Notes: generated by a model from the sequence alone, not told the origin. Counted from the first letter of the stretch, positions 29,243 to 38,545 are shown. The stretch: 64,000 nt of DNA from an uncultured Candidatus Saccharibacteria bacterium (GCA_964402035.1 CAYOAM010000003.1:7921-71920), one strand, 5' to 3'. Program-made: numbers and translations.

Positions 29243-32200
29243 CTAAAAAGTGGCAGTGACTGTGTAGGTAATCACCGAAGTATAATTCCCCGCCTCCGTC
29301 ATACTCTCTATATTCCCAAGATAATATGCATCATAGATCGTGGCTGTTCCATCACCATCACCGGTCCCAATCTCATCGGGGAACGAAGACGTCGCAAAAG
29401 CAAAGGTAGCTGCACTGTATGGTGGTGTCGAGAGCCCTGTCCCAGAAATGACATTGAGCCGCACGCCAAATTGCTCCGTCCCAGGGCTTGATATGGTGGC
29501 TGTTTCGCCAATAGGATTTATGGTAGCTATATCGTAGGTCAAGGTACTGCCATTTATTGACATGCGGTACCCACCCAGTGCATTGGTGACCACAGAAATG
29601 CTATGCGCTGGCTCACTCGGAGACGTTGTGCCAAGGATATCCCCCGTTGCGTAGCGTGCTTCGAGCGCTGAAAGAGTGCCAAAACCGACGGTATTATCGG
29701 ATATGCTCATAGTTATGTAGTTTTCAGGTTCTTTCTCAATCCACCGCACACTAACCATCGCAAAATCCCAGTCACGTCCCACTCCCCCAACCACGTTCGT
29801 TGAGACTGAGGTACGCAAACGCAAGTTCATCAAGTTGTTTTGGGTATCCACAAAGTCGTCTGCTGATTCTTGCTGCTCTGCGACACGCCACGTATCAAAC
29901 CAGCTGTACGATGTTGCGGCATTGGTATCGGTGCCCGGTGTGTTGATCCAGCCTGAACCAACCTCTTCACCTCCAAGACCTGAGTTGCCGGCATAGTCTT
30001 TCATCTGTACGTCATTGGTGAGTGACGCAATATTGGATCGATGCTTCACCGCATAGTGAATACCGGTAATAGAAGTCGAGGACGCCACCGTCATGGGAAA
30101 AGAGAGATTTTGCGAGAACGCATACTCGGCATTCACCGTATCGTCGTCATTGTCTTGTGGGTAGTGGTCGACGGGATATTCGATCGCTGTCGTTGCATTC
30201 CACGTTGAGGTCAACGTGGTGCCCGTGATCGCTTCAGCGGTACTGCGAGTTCTTGTACACTCAGATGCAGTACCACTTCCCCATGATATTTCGCAGAGTG
30301 CTGAATCAGTATTGACGGAACCCACCATCATATAGATGCGATCAAACTGAAGGTTCGCGAGTGCCGCAGGACCGTTGGTGGTAAAGCCCACGCGGACTTC
30401 ACCGGTTGGTGAGATGTAGTCATCAAAGACAAAGCCGGGTATCAAGGTGTCGTTGAAACTGAACGCAAGTTCGATATCAGTGGTACACGCTGAGGCGAAG
30501 ACCGTCGATGACGCTGCTGTCCACACACTGTTTTGAAAATCCCAAAGCGAAATGGAGAAACTTAATCCCGTATTGTTTTTGCACACCTCGGGCTGCACCA
30601 AAAAGGTGTTCATACCCGCAAGCGTCTTCACGTTGGTGAATGAGAAGTAGAAACTGATGGGGGTTGAGGTCGCAGCCATATACACAGTGAATTTGTTGCC
30701 ATCAGATCCAGTGAGTGTCGTACCGATAGCGCCCACGAGGTCTGAGATGAAGTTTGAACTTGTTGCGGCGGTCGTCGTCGCGAAGCCTGATGGTTCATAT
30801 ATGGGATCAATGGCAACTTCGAGCTGCGCAAAATCGGTTTGATGTGCAGTGACCGAATTCACGGTTGAGTAGGTGCGCACAATGACGCGCTTGCTTGATG
30901 TGGTTGAAGCGAAGTTTGAGAGTGGTGTACTAATGACCGTACCGGGAGTCACGGTGCGGGTGGAAAAATAGCCATTGTATATTTCATACGTGCGCTGGGT
31001 ATCGGAGGTGTTGGTGTGATTCGTGCGTCGTGGTTGGAGTGTGCGCCACCCACCACCGGTACATTCACTATCAGCAGCATTATCAACGCCGGTGCTTGAG
31101 ACCCAATCACAGATCTGATGGGTGTATGCATCACCGGTCGTAATGTTGGTGTCTTCAAGTGTGATGAGCATTTTGTTTGCGCCATAGAGGTTGACGCTAT
31201 CAAAATAGATTTGCTTGTCCAAGCCTGAGGTGGTGCGAGTTGCCGTCCAATAGTTGCCGTCGTTCCCCAAGGTCGCTCGCCACGAGTCGAGGTGGTTTAA
31301 GTTGGTCGAGGTCGCAACACCGACGATGAGGGCGCCACCGGTGGGGGCGTATTGGGAAGTCTCGGTTACACGGCGTGGTTCATCAATCCACCGCACACTA
31401 ACCATCGCAAAATCCCAGTCACGTCCCACTCCCCCAACCACGTTCGTTGAGACTGAGGTACGCAAACGCAAGTTCATCAAGTTGTTTTGGGTATCCACAA
31501 AGTCGTCTGCTGATTCTTGCTGCTCTGCGACACGCCACGTATCAAACCAGCTGTACGATGTTGCGGCATTGGTATCGGTGCCCGGTGTGTTGATCCAGCC
31601 TGAACCAACCTCTTCACCTCCAAGACCTGAGTTGCCGGCATAGTCTTTCATCTGTACGTCATTGGTGAGTGACGCAATATTGGATCGATGCTTCACCGCA
31701 TAGTGAATACCGGTAATAGAAGTCGAGGACGCCACCGTCATGGGAAAAGAGAGATTTTGCGAGAACGCATACTCGGCATTCACCGTATCGTCGTCATTGT
31801 CTTGTGGGTAGTGGTCGACGGGATATTCGATCGCTGTCGTTGCATTCCACGTTGAGGTCAACGTGGTGCCCGTGATCGCTTCAGCGGTACTGCGAGTTCT
31901 TGTACACTCAGATGCAGTACCACTTCCCCATGATATTTCGCAGAGTGCTGAATCAGTATTGACGGAACCCACCATCATATAGATGCGATCAAACTGAAGG
32001 TTCGCGAGTGCCGCAGGACCGTTGGTGGTAAAGCCCACGCGGACTTCACCGGTTGGTGAGATGTAGTCATCAAAGACAAAGCCGGGTATCAAGGTGTCGT
32101 TGAAACTGAACGCAAGTTCGATATCAGTGGTACACGCTGAGGCGAAGACCGTCGATGACGCTGCTGTCCACACACTGTTTTGAAAATCCCAAAGCGAAAT

Positions 32201-33178
32201 GGAGAAACTTAATCCCGTATTGTTTTTGCACACCTCGGGCTGCACCAAAAAGGTGTTCATACCCGCAAGCGTCTTCACGTTGGTGAATGAGAAGTAGAAA
32301 CTGATGGGGGTTGAGGTCGCAGCCATATACACAGTGAATTTGTTGCCATCAGATCCAGTGAGTGTCGTACCGATAGCGCCCACGAGGTCTGAGATGAAGT
32401 TTGAACTTGTTGCGGCGGTCGTCGTCGCGAAGCCTGATGGTTCATATATGGGATCAATGGCAACTTCGAGCTGCGCAAAATCGGTTTGATGTGCAGTGAC
32501 CGAATTCACGGTTGAGTAGGTGCGCACAATGACGCGCTTGCTTGATGTGGTTGAAGCGAAGTTTGAGAGTGGTGTACTAATGACCGTACCGGGAGTCACG
32601 GTGCGGGTGGAAAAATAGCCATTGTATATTTCATACGTGCGCTGGGTATCGGAGGTGTTGGTGTGATTCGTGCGTCGTGGTTGGAGTGTGCGCCACCCAC
32701 CACCGGTACATTCACTATCAGCAGCATTATCAACGCCGGTGCTTGAGACCCAATCACAGATCTGATGGGTGTATGCATCACCGGTCGTAATGTTGGTGTC
32801 TTCAAGTGTGATGAGCATTTTGTTTGCGCCATAGAGGTTGACGCTATCAAAATAGATTTGCTTGTCCAAGCCTGAGGTGGTGCGAGTTGCCGTCCAATAG
32901 TTGCCGTCGTTCCCCAAGGTCGCTCGCCACGAGTCGAGGTGGTTTAAGTTGGTCGAGGTCGCAACACCGACGATGAGGGCGCCACCGGTGGGGGCGTATT
33001 GGGATACCGCAAGCGCTTTCTTGCCCACCGTCTCCTCAAGCAGAACATGTTGTACTTCCTTCCCATTCATAATCCAACGATGGAGATACCCAGTCTCAGA
33101 GAGTGACGAAAACAAAGCAAGTATGGCTACCATACCCACCACCATGCCCACTTTTTTGATACACAGATGCGCTACCAT
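29243..33178 (-). CDS. Giant secreted repeat protein (1311 aa): 2 x 549-aa identical repeats plus a C-terminal TasA/camelysin-like domain
   Basis: N-terminal signal-anchor. Two identical 549-aa repeats (SQYAPTGGALIVG…DWDFAMVSVRWI). The C-terminus (ITMSISDNTVGFGTL…EAGNYTSVITYTVTATF) is homologous to 28099-29172. Confidence 0.7.
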   Translation of the reverse strand: MVAHLCIKKVGMVVGMVAILALFSSLSETGYLHRWIMNGKEVQHVLLEETVGKKALAVSQYAPTGGALIVGVATSTNLNHLDSWRATLGNDGNYWTATRTTSGLDKQIYFDSVNLYGANKMLITLEDTNITTGDAYTHQICDWVSSTGVDNAADSECTGGGWRTLQPRRTNHTNTSDTQRTYEIYNGYFSTRTVTPGTVISTPLSNFASTTSSKRVIVRTYSTVNSVTAHQTDFAQLEVAIDPIYEPSGFATTTAATSSNFISDLVGAIGTTLTGSDGNKFTVYMAATSTPISFYFSFTNVKTLAGMNTFLVQPEVCKNNTGLSFSISLWDFQNSVWTAASSTVFASACTTDIELAFSFNDTLIPGFVFDDYISPTGEVRVGFTTNGPAALANLQFDRIYMMVGSVNTDSALCEISWGSGTASECTRTRSTAEAITGTTLTSTWNATTAIEYPVDHYPQDNDDDTVNAEYAFSQNLSFPMTVASSTSITGIHYAVKHRSNIASLTNDVQMKDYAGNSGLGGEEVGSGWINTPGTDTNAATSYSWFDTWRVAEQQESADDFVDTQNNLMNLRLRTSVSTNVVGGVGRDWDFAMVSVRWIDEPRRVTETSQYAPTGGALIVGVATSTNLNHLDSWRATLGNDGNYWTATRTTSGLDKQIYFDSVNLYGANKMLITLEDTNITTGDAYTHQICDWVSSTGVDNAADSECTGGGWRTLQPRRTNHTNTSDTQRTYEIYNGYFSTRTVTPGTVISTPLSNFASTTSSKRVIVRTYSTVNSVTAHQTDFAQLEVAIDPIYEPSGFATTTAATSSNFISDLVGAIGTTLTGSDGNKFTVYMAATSTPISFYFSFTNVKTLAGMNTFLVQPEVCKNNTGLSFSISLWDFQNSVWTAASSTVFASACTTDIELAFSFNDTLIPGFVFDDYISPTGEVRVGFTTNGPAALANLQFDRIYMMVGSVNTDSALCEISWGSGTASECTRTRSTAEAITGTTLTSTWNATTAIEYPVDHYPQDNDDDTVNAEYAFSQNLSFPMTVASSTSITGIHYAVKHRSNIASLTNDVQMKDYAGNSGLGGEEVGSGWINTPGTDTNAATSYSWFDTWRVAEQQESADDFVDTQNNLMNLRLRTSVSTNVVGGVGRDWDFAMVSVRWIEKEPENYITMSISDNTVGFGTLSALEARYATGDILGTTSPSEPAHSISVVTNALGGYRMSINGSTLTYDIATINPIGETATISSPGTEQFGVRLNVISGTGLSTPPYSAATFAFATSSFPDEIGTGDGDGTATIYDAYYLGNIESMTEAGNYTSVITYTVTATF
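29746..33003. repeat. Perfect tandem direct repeat, unit 1647 bp, about 2 copies, in-frame within the giant gene
   Basis: Identical embedded ORFs lie exactly 1647 bp apart (30628-30831 = 32275-32478; 30949-31203 = 32596-32850). The sequence blocks are identical by eye (e.g. 29746… = 31393…). Confidence 0.9.
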
Positions 33179-33179
33179 A

Positions 33180-34748
33180 TTATTTCTCTACAATCGGATC
33201 AGACTCAATAACAAATGAAATGTCGTCAGGTTCTAGCGATACGTCATATGTTTCTTGCTCAAGTTGCAACTGTGTATCCCCACGAATTTCACGGGTCTGA
33301 GAAAACATTGTCCGCGCATTAGTATCAAAACCGACAAATGCACCCCCTTCTGCGGATGCCCAGATCACTTTCCCTTCTACATACTCAAACGGTGAATCAA
33401 GCAACATGGTTGTGTTGTCGGCGAGTTTTAAGAAACCAATCGCACTTCCGAGCGCATGCTCCTTGAGCCACGCTTCGGTACCACCTTCTCTTGTACGTAT
33501 AAAATAGAGCGTTTTCCCTTGATCTAATGGCTGTATTTGCGTTACAAATCCTCCCACGAAAAATAATCTTTCATGTACCACCATACGTTCTGCAGTATCA
33601 GTTTGAAAACGAAGCATGTGGGGACCTGGATCTACTAATGCTTGCAGCGTCACCGCATACGTATCTTCATCAATGCCGACCACGGTATGAGGGACAAGCA
33701 CTCCATCCACATACACCGTTGTTGATGCTTGTGGAGCAGGCGGAGTCGAAGCACTGGTGGTTGCGTTTGAAGAACTTGTAGCAGTTGTCTCAACGGTGTC
33801 AGGCTCATCATGAAGCACCTCTATATCTACTACCTCGTCACTGTTGGTCTGCACTGTTGTCTGATCGACCTCCTCGTGCTCAGTTTCAATCTGATCCACA
33901 GCATGCTCGACGTCACTATCACTTAGGTTCTGAATCGCAGGATCAGCTTCACTTTGTTCTATAGTCGAGACGGATTCCAGTGTGCCTACATCTACTGAAA
34001 CCTCGGCAGGCAACTCTTGAGGAATCTCCGCTAAAGCCGGCGAAGAATCTTCAGTGACTTCTTCTGGCGCTATATCTATGATCAAACTAAACAACGTCTC
34101 AACCGTTGGTTGCATAAACTCAATGACGGTCTGCGCAGCGTCAGAGACCATGTCTACTATGGTCTCTGCAGCGTCAGCAACCTGCGTAACAGTGTCTGAA
34201 ATGGTGCCTTGTATGGCAGCAAAGAATCCTTCTTTTGTGGTACTTCCTTGGTTAAAAATAAAAGTAGGCAGTGTACTCATCTCAAAAAACGCCGCATTCG
34301 CAATCTCGGCCTCAGAGTATAGTGTTGTGGTCGCAGATGTCGTTGCAATAGGCTGGGGTAACACCGCAATATCTTGTACGACGTCAGGCACTACCGGCAA
34401 CACCGGTTCCGATAGCACCGGCACAAGTTCCGCATCTTCAAAACCAACCTCCACATCACTATTGATTGGCAGATCAACATCATCTGGCGCGGAAGAGACT
34501 ATAAATTCACTCGGTTGCGATGGAGGATCAGCTATCGTTTCGGTGCCTTGTCCAATATCTTCCGCAACTGGAGGTATTTCATTCTCGGGTGCAATATCGA
34601 TGGGTGTCGTCTCTAGAGCAGGCGATGTCGCACCAACCTCTTCTATCTCTTCTGCATAAGTAAAAGAAACATAAAAAAAGTTGTACGCGAGTACCAGTAT
34701 CACGCATAACCACAGAAAAAAATTCTCCTTTCCTCGAAAGAAATTCAC
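33180..34748 (-). CDS. Extremely acidic secreted protein (Asp/Glu/Pro/Val-rich) with a folded C-terminal domain
   Basis: N-terminal TM/signal and about 350 aa of acidic low-complexity sequence. The C-terminal 170 aa form a non-repetitive domain. Its stop abuts the giant gene's start, suggesting an operon. Confidence 0.55.
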   Translation of the reverse strand: MNFFRGKENFFLWLCVILVLAYNFFYVSFTYAEEIEEVGATSPALETTPIDIAPENEIPPVAEDIGQGTETIADPPSQPSEFIVSSAPDDVDLPINSDVEVGFEDAELVPVLSEPVLPVVPDVVQDIAVLPQPIATTSATTTLYSEAEIANAAFFEMSTLPTFIFNQGSTTKEGFFAAIQGTISDTVTQVADAAETIVDMVSDAAQTVIEFMQPTVETLFSLIIDIAPEEVTEDSSPALAEIPQELPAEVSVDVGTLESVSTIEQSEADPAIQNLSDSDVEHAVDQIETEHEEVDQTTVQTNSDEVVDIEVLHDEPDTVETTATSSSNATTSASTPPAPQASTTVYVDGVLVPHTVVGIDEDTYAVTLQALVDPGPHMLRFQTDTAERMVVHERLFFVGGFVTQIQPLDQGKTLYFIRTREGGTEAWLKEHALGSAIGFLKLADNTTMLLDSPFEYVEGKVIWASAEGGAFVGFDTNARTMFSQTREIRGDTQLQLEQETYDVSLEPDDISFVIESDPIVEK

Positions 34749-34803
34749 CCACTAATCATAACAGCTGATGGTGGGTGGACGCTGTGTTATCAACGCACAA
34801 TAG

Positions 34804-35340
34804 CTAGTGTTCCTGCTGTCTACGAATAAATAACATTAAAACCGCAATCATCGCAAAGAGCGATACGGCCATCAAGGGAAATGTGATGTACCCAAACTCA
34901 AACACAATGCGTTCTGCACACTCGACCCCAGGAGCTGCGGTAGGACACACAATAAACGGCGAGCCGCCCATCTGCAAATAATGGTGATAGAGAGCGATCA
35001 CGCCTCCCACAAAAGACAGACCGAGAATATAATCTGCAATATTTTTATCATGCTTCCATAGTGCCATGCCTGAGAGGAGTGCTATGGGATAGAGTGCGAT
35101 ACGCTCAAACCAACACAAGCCACAGGGTGTAAAACCAAATACTTCTGAATACACCAAAGTCAGTATAATACCCGCGATCGATAGCAAAAATACTTTAAGA
35201 AGCGCAAATCTCCCCACAAAATTGCGAAGCTCGGTAAAATCAGCTTTTTTAAGTACGATAAAAAGCGCTACTGCACCGACCTGGAGACCAATGGTACCGA
35301 CCGCCAGTAGATAATTTATATCCGCTATGTAGTCAAGCAT
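34804..35340 (-). CDS. dsbB: Disulfide bond formation protein B (DsbB/BdbC family)
   Basis: 4 TM. First loop Cys pair CGLCWFERIALYP (compare E. coli DsbB C-x-x-C…YER). Second Cys pair CPTAAPGVEC. Confidence 0.7.
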   Translation of the reverse strand: MLDYIADINYLLAVGTIGLQVGAVALFIVLKKADFTELRNFVGRFALLKVFLLSIAGIILTLVYSEVFGFTPCGLCWFERIALYPIALLSGMALWKHDKNIADYILGLSFVGGVIALYHHYLQMGGSPFIVCPTAAPGVECAERIVFEFGYITFPLMAVSLFAMIAVLMLFIRRQQEH

Positions 35341-35345
35341 AGATA

Positions 35346-35720
35346 TTATTTCGGAAGCTCACAGCTTGTCGTTTCTGCAAGCTCTTTGAGTGTCAGCTCG
35401 CCACTCTTCCTCGTGCCATCCTTAAATATCCAGAGCGGATACCCTTCTACCTTTGCATCAATACACACTTGTGTCTGGTTCTTACGATCCGGGGTTGAAC
35501 ACTCAATATAGGGAAGTTTTTTTTGTGAGTTACCAAAGATTGCCTTTTGTGATTGGCAATGTGGACACCAAAATGCGCCATAGAACTTTGCTCCAGCATC
35601 AGTGAGACACTGCGCAAACCCATCAAGTTTTCCCGGCAATGTCTTCGTCCAAACGATGGTGCCAATAAAAAGGACAACCAATAGTATAAGCCCCACAAAC
35701 CATCCATATTTTTTGACCAT
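35346..35720 (-). CDS. Membrane-anchored thioredoxin-fold thiol-disulfide oxidoreductase (DsbA/BdbD-like)
   Basis: N-terminal TM. CxxC active site FWCPHCQSQ in a thioredoxin-fold context. Lies 6 nt upstream of the DsbB gene. Confidence 0.75.
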   Translation of the reverse strand: MVKKYGWFVGLILLVVLFIGTIVWTKTLPGKLDGFAQCLTDAGAKFYGAFWCPHCQSQKAIFGNSQKKLPYIECSTPDRKNQTQVCIDAKVEGYPLWIFKDGTRKSGELTLKELAETTSCELPK

Positions 35721-35763
35721 ATAGGAACTATACTACCCTAATAAACCCTCCCTTGTCCAAAAA

Positions 35764-36198
35764 CTACAAAAAGTAAAAGCCTATTACTGCGGCACCAATC
35801 CACCCCATCGTTGAAAGCGATCCGCTTAACAACAATGACAGACGTTCACGCGGCGCAAGGTCTGAAAACGGACGCTCGGTGGCTATAGGGGTCAAGCGAC
35901 CAATAAAAACACCATTCACGATAAGTACGAGCACAAAGCCCATTTTGATCAGAAAGGAAGGTTCGCTAATATAATATTCCCACGCAGGGAGTGCAAGTTT
36001 TAAGCCCGACGCAATCATAATGAGAAGTCCCGCCCACACCACGTAGTGCAGCAGCTCCATTTTTCTCTTATCGAGTAGCTGTTTTTTGCCTCGAAAATAC
36101 GAAAATGCCTCATGATCCGAGTAGAGTATGACGAGTGCCGTTATACCCAAAGTCCACAGATGTATAGTGACGGGATTCATAAATGCAGATACTACCAT
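35764..36198 (-). CDS. 4-TM membrane protein, first gene of the DsbB/Trx operon
   Basis: Hydrophobic profile only. Confidence 0.4.
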   Translation of the reverse strand: MVVSAFMNPVTIHLWTLGITALVILYSDHEAFSYFRGKKQLLDKRKMELLHYVVWAGLLIMIASGLKLALPAWEYYISEPSFLIKMGFVLVLIVNGVFIGRLTPIATERPFSDLAPRERLSLLLSGSLSTMGWIGAAVIGFYFL

Positions 36199-36301
36199 AT
36201 TAAAACGTTCACTTCATATTTTCACATATGAAGCTTTTCCTCCCCTTACAGCGTTTATACAATAATGAAATAAAGAATATATTGTATACGTATTAGAACA
36301 T

Positions 36302-37525
36302 ATGCAAAACGATAAACTATCCGTGCGGTATATCATCGTGAGTAGCGCACTTTCAGTGGTCATAACGTTATATATCCTTTGGCTGCTCACCATATATGTA
36401 CCGGAGAAGATCGCGAACATTCTTCACATTCCCACCACAACAGAGACACTTTCTGCTACCGAGTCTCATACGCAAGCAGCGATACCTGATATCGTTGAGC
36501 GCGCAGCACCAGCAGTCGTATCAGTGGTCATCTCTGCAAACGTCCCAGTCGTAGAACGCTACTTTGAAAACTATGATCCATTTAAGGATTTCTTCGGTGG
36601 AGGTTTTGGATTCCAAATCCCACAGCAGCGACAGATCGGGACAGAGAAACGAGAAATTGGCGGGGGGACCGGATTCTTTGTATCAAAAGATGGATACATA
36701 ATCACCAATCGTCACGTCGTCGATACAGAGAAAGCGGACTATTCAGTTGTCACCAACGAAGGGAAAACATACGATGTCGAGGTTATAGCAAAAGATCCAT
36801 CGCTCGATATTGCCGTACTCAAAGTAAAAAAGGCAGATCAAGAATTTCCCTTCCTCAGTTTTGGTGATAGTAGCGCATTGCGTCTTGGTTCGTCCGTCAT
36901 TGCTATCGGTAATGCGCTTGCAGAATTCCCGAATACGATATCCGTTGGCGTGATCTCTGGGCTCTCGCGACACATCACCGCAGGCGACCGTGGGGGAAAA
37001 ACTGAAAACCTTGACGGACTTATCCAGACTGATGCCGCAATAAACCAAGGGAACTCCGGTGGACCACTCCTTGATATGCAGGGTACGGTCATCGGTGTCA
37101 ATGTCGCCGTTGCTGGAAATTCAGAAAATATAGGATTCGCACTTCCCGTAGACATGGTCAAAAATGTGTACGCAAGTGTTGAGCAATTTGGCGAGATCAT
37201 CCGACCGTACATCGGCGTACGGTATGTAGACATAAACGAGGCTCTCAAAAAAGCAAACAATTTGTCAGTTGATTATGGAATACTCGTTATCCGTGGAGAA
37301 AACCGTACCGACCTTGCCGTCATACCCGGCTCCCCCGCTGACAAAGCAGGTATCGAAGAAAATGACATAATTCTTGAGATGGATGGAAAAAAACTTAACG
37401 GAAAGGAAAATTTTGCACAAATCATCCGCGATCATAACGTAGGTGATACCGTAACGCTCAAACTCCTCCATGATGGAAAGGAACGTGAGATCGAAGTGAC
37501 GCTCGAAAAAATGCCGAATGGGTAG
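36302..37525 (+). CDS. htrA: Serine protease HtrA/DegP family (trypsin-like + PDZ)
   Basis: N-terminal TM. Catalytic triad context (…TNRHVV…D…GNSGGPLLD) and a C-terminal PDZ. Confidence 0.9.
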   Translation: MQNDKLSVRYIIVSSALSVVITLYILWLLTIYVPEKIANILHIPTTTETLSATESHTQAAIPDIVERAAPAVVSVVISANVPVVERYFENYDPFKDFFGGGFGFQIPQQRQIGTEKREIGGGTGFFVSKDGYIITNRHVVDTEKADYSVVTNEGKTYDVEVIAKDPSLDIAVLKVKKADQEFPFLSFGDSSALRLGSSVIAIGNALAEFPNTISVGVISGLSRHITAGDRGGKTENLDGLIQTDAAINQGNSGGPLLDMQGTVIGVNVAVAGNSENIGFALPVDMVKNVYASVEQFGEIIRPYIGVRYVDINEALKKANNLSVDYGILVIRGENRTDLAVIPGSPADKAGIEENDIILEMDGKKLNGKENFAQIIRDHNVGDTVTLKLLHDGKEREIEVTLEKMPNG

Positions 37526-37553
37526 CATACAGCCTGTTGGTCTCGCTCGACGT

Positions 37554-37597
37554 AACAAGCACAAAAAAATCGCCTCTGGGCGATTTTTTTGTGCTTG
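37554..37597. terminator. Bidirectional Rho-independent terminator between htrA and hsp20
   Basis: Extended palindrome caagcacaaaaaaatcgcc-tctg-ggcgatttttttgtgcttg. Confidence 0.75.
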
Positions 37598-38020
37598 TTA
37601 CTTTTTAACAGTTATCTTTATTCGTTTCTCTTCCTTCTCTGCCTGCTTTGGCATCGTAACCTTTAGTACACCACCTTCATAGACCGCTTGCACCCCATCT
37701 TGATTGACCGTACTAGGTAACGATATGACGCGCTCAAAAGTGCCACGTCTAATCTCCTTGGCATAATGATTTTTTTCTTTTTTCTCCTGCACCTCTTCCC
37801 GCTTTCCAGATACACGCAGATGCGTCTCCTCGACTTCGATATCAATGTCATCAGGAGACATACCTGGAATATTCATCTCTGCAACAATGTTATTTCCATC
37901 TTCGTAGACATCTGCCGCAAGATCAAAACTCATGTTTTGCATCCGCAACGTTGGCAACCCAGACACATCTCTAAAAATGCGATCAAATTCCTCGAACGGT
38001 TCCCATTTAATAAGTGACAT
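37598..38020 (-). CDS. Small heat-shock protein, Hsp20/alpha-crystallin family
   Basis: Alpha-crystallin domain (…DIDIEVEETHLRVSGKREEV…YAKEIRRGTFERVISLP…AVYEGGVLKVTMPK). Confidence 0.9.
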   Translation of the reverse strand: MSLIKWEPFEEFDRIFRDVSGLPTLRMQNMSFDLAADVYEDGNNIVAEMNIPGMSPDDIDIEVEETHLRVSGKREEVQEKKEKNHYAKEIRRGTFERVISLPSTVNQDGVQAVYEGGVLKVTMPKQAEKEEKRIKITVKK

Positions 38021-38065
38021 ATGTAATTGTATTATGATTACACCTTATAAAATTGACCTTTTACA

Positions 38066-38098
38066 TAGACAATTATACCACGATTATATTTTTGTCAA
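38066..38098 (-). promoter_or_regulatory. Candidate sigma70-type promoter for hsp20 (minus strand TTGACA-15-TATAAT)
   Basis: Reverse complement of 38093-38098 = TTGACA. Reverse complement of 38072-38077 = TATAAT. The 15-nt spacer is shorter than the ideal. Confidence 0.3.
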
Positions 38099-38119
38099 GT
38101 ACACCAAGATGCATGGGCT

Positions 38120-38545
38120 TTACTTTGCAAGATCGCCCATCTTATATTTTTCCAAAATCCGCGCAGGTTTATTTGCGTCACCGTGAGCATTTTGAAATGC
38201 AGAAGATCCGTCAGTACCACACAATGAGAGAATTGCACGTTCCCCACCAGGATGTTTTGGAATATAGAGCGTCAAATCATATACGGACCCATCAATAAGA
38301 CTCCAGCATGATTGAGCCGTATGGTGCTTAGCAACTTCGCTTTTGGTAATTCCTGTTGCCACAACTTCCGTTGGTGTTGGTGTAGGAGCAGGAGTGGGAA
38401 TCACAACTGCCGGCATCGTGGCAGGAACGTCTACCGTTTTTTTAGAAACAGTCGCATCTGGAACAATATGCGGTGACGCCAAGGACTCAACAAGATTTGG
38501 CATTGTTTGCGATGTAGTAGCAATACTTTTGTCCGTTTCTTGCAA
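38120..38545 (-). CDS. Cytochrome b5-like heme-binding domain protein with a Pro/Thr-rich linker
   Basis: …SCWSLIDGSVYDLTLYIPKHPGGERAILSLCGTDGSSAFQNAHGD matches cyt-b5 HPGG and the second His. The upstream linker is PTPAPTPTPT. Confidence 0.7.
   Translation of the reverse strand: MQETDKSIATTSQTMPNLVESLASPHIVPDATVSKKTVDVPATMPAVVIPTPAPTPTPTEVVATGITKSEVAKHHTAQSCWSLIDGSVYDLTLYIPKHPGGERAILSLCGTDGSSAFQNAHGDANKPARILEKYKMGDLAK

Noticed and set aside
29243-33178. Regular repeats at 29-33 kb as a possible CRISPR array
   Set aside because: The repeat unit is 1647 bp, protein-coding and in-frame. It is not short repeats with unique spacers.
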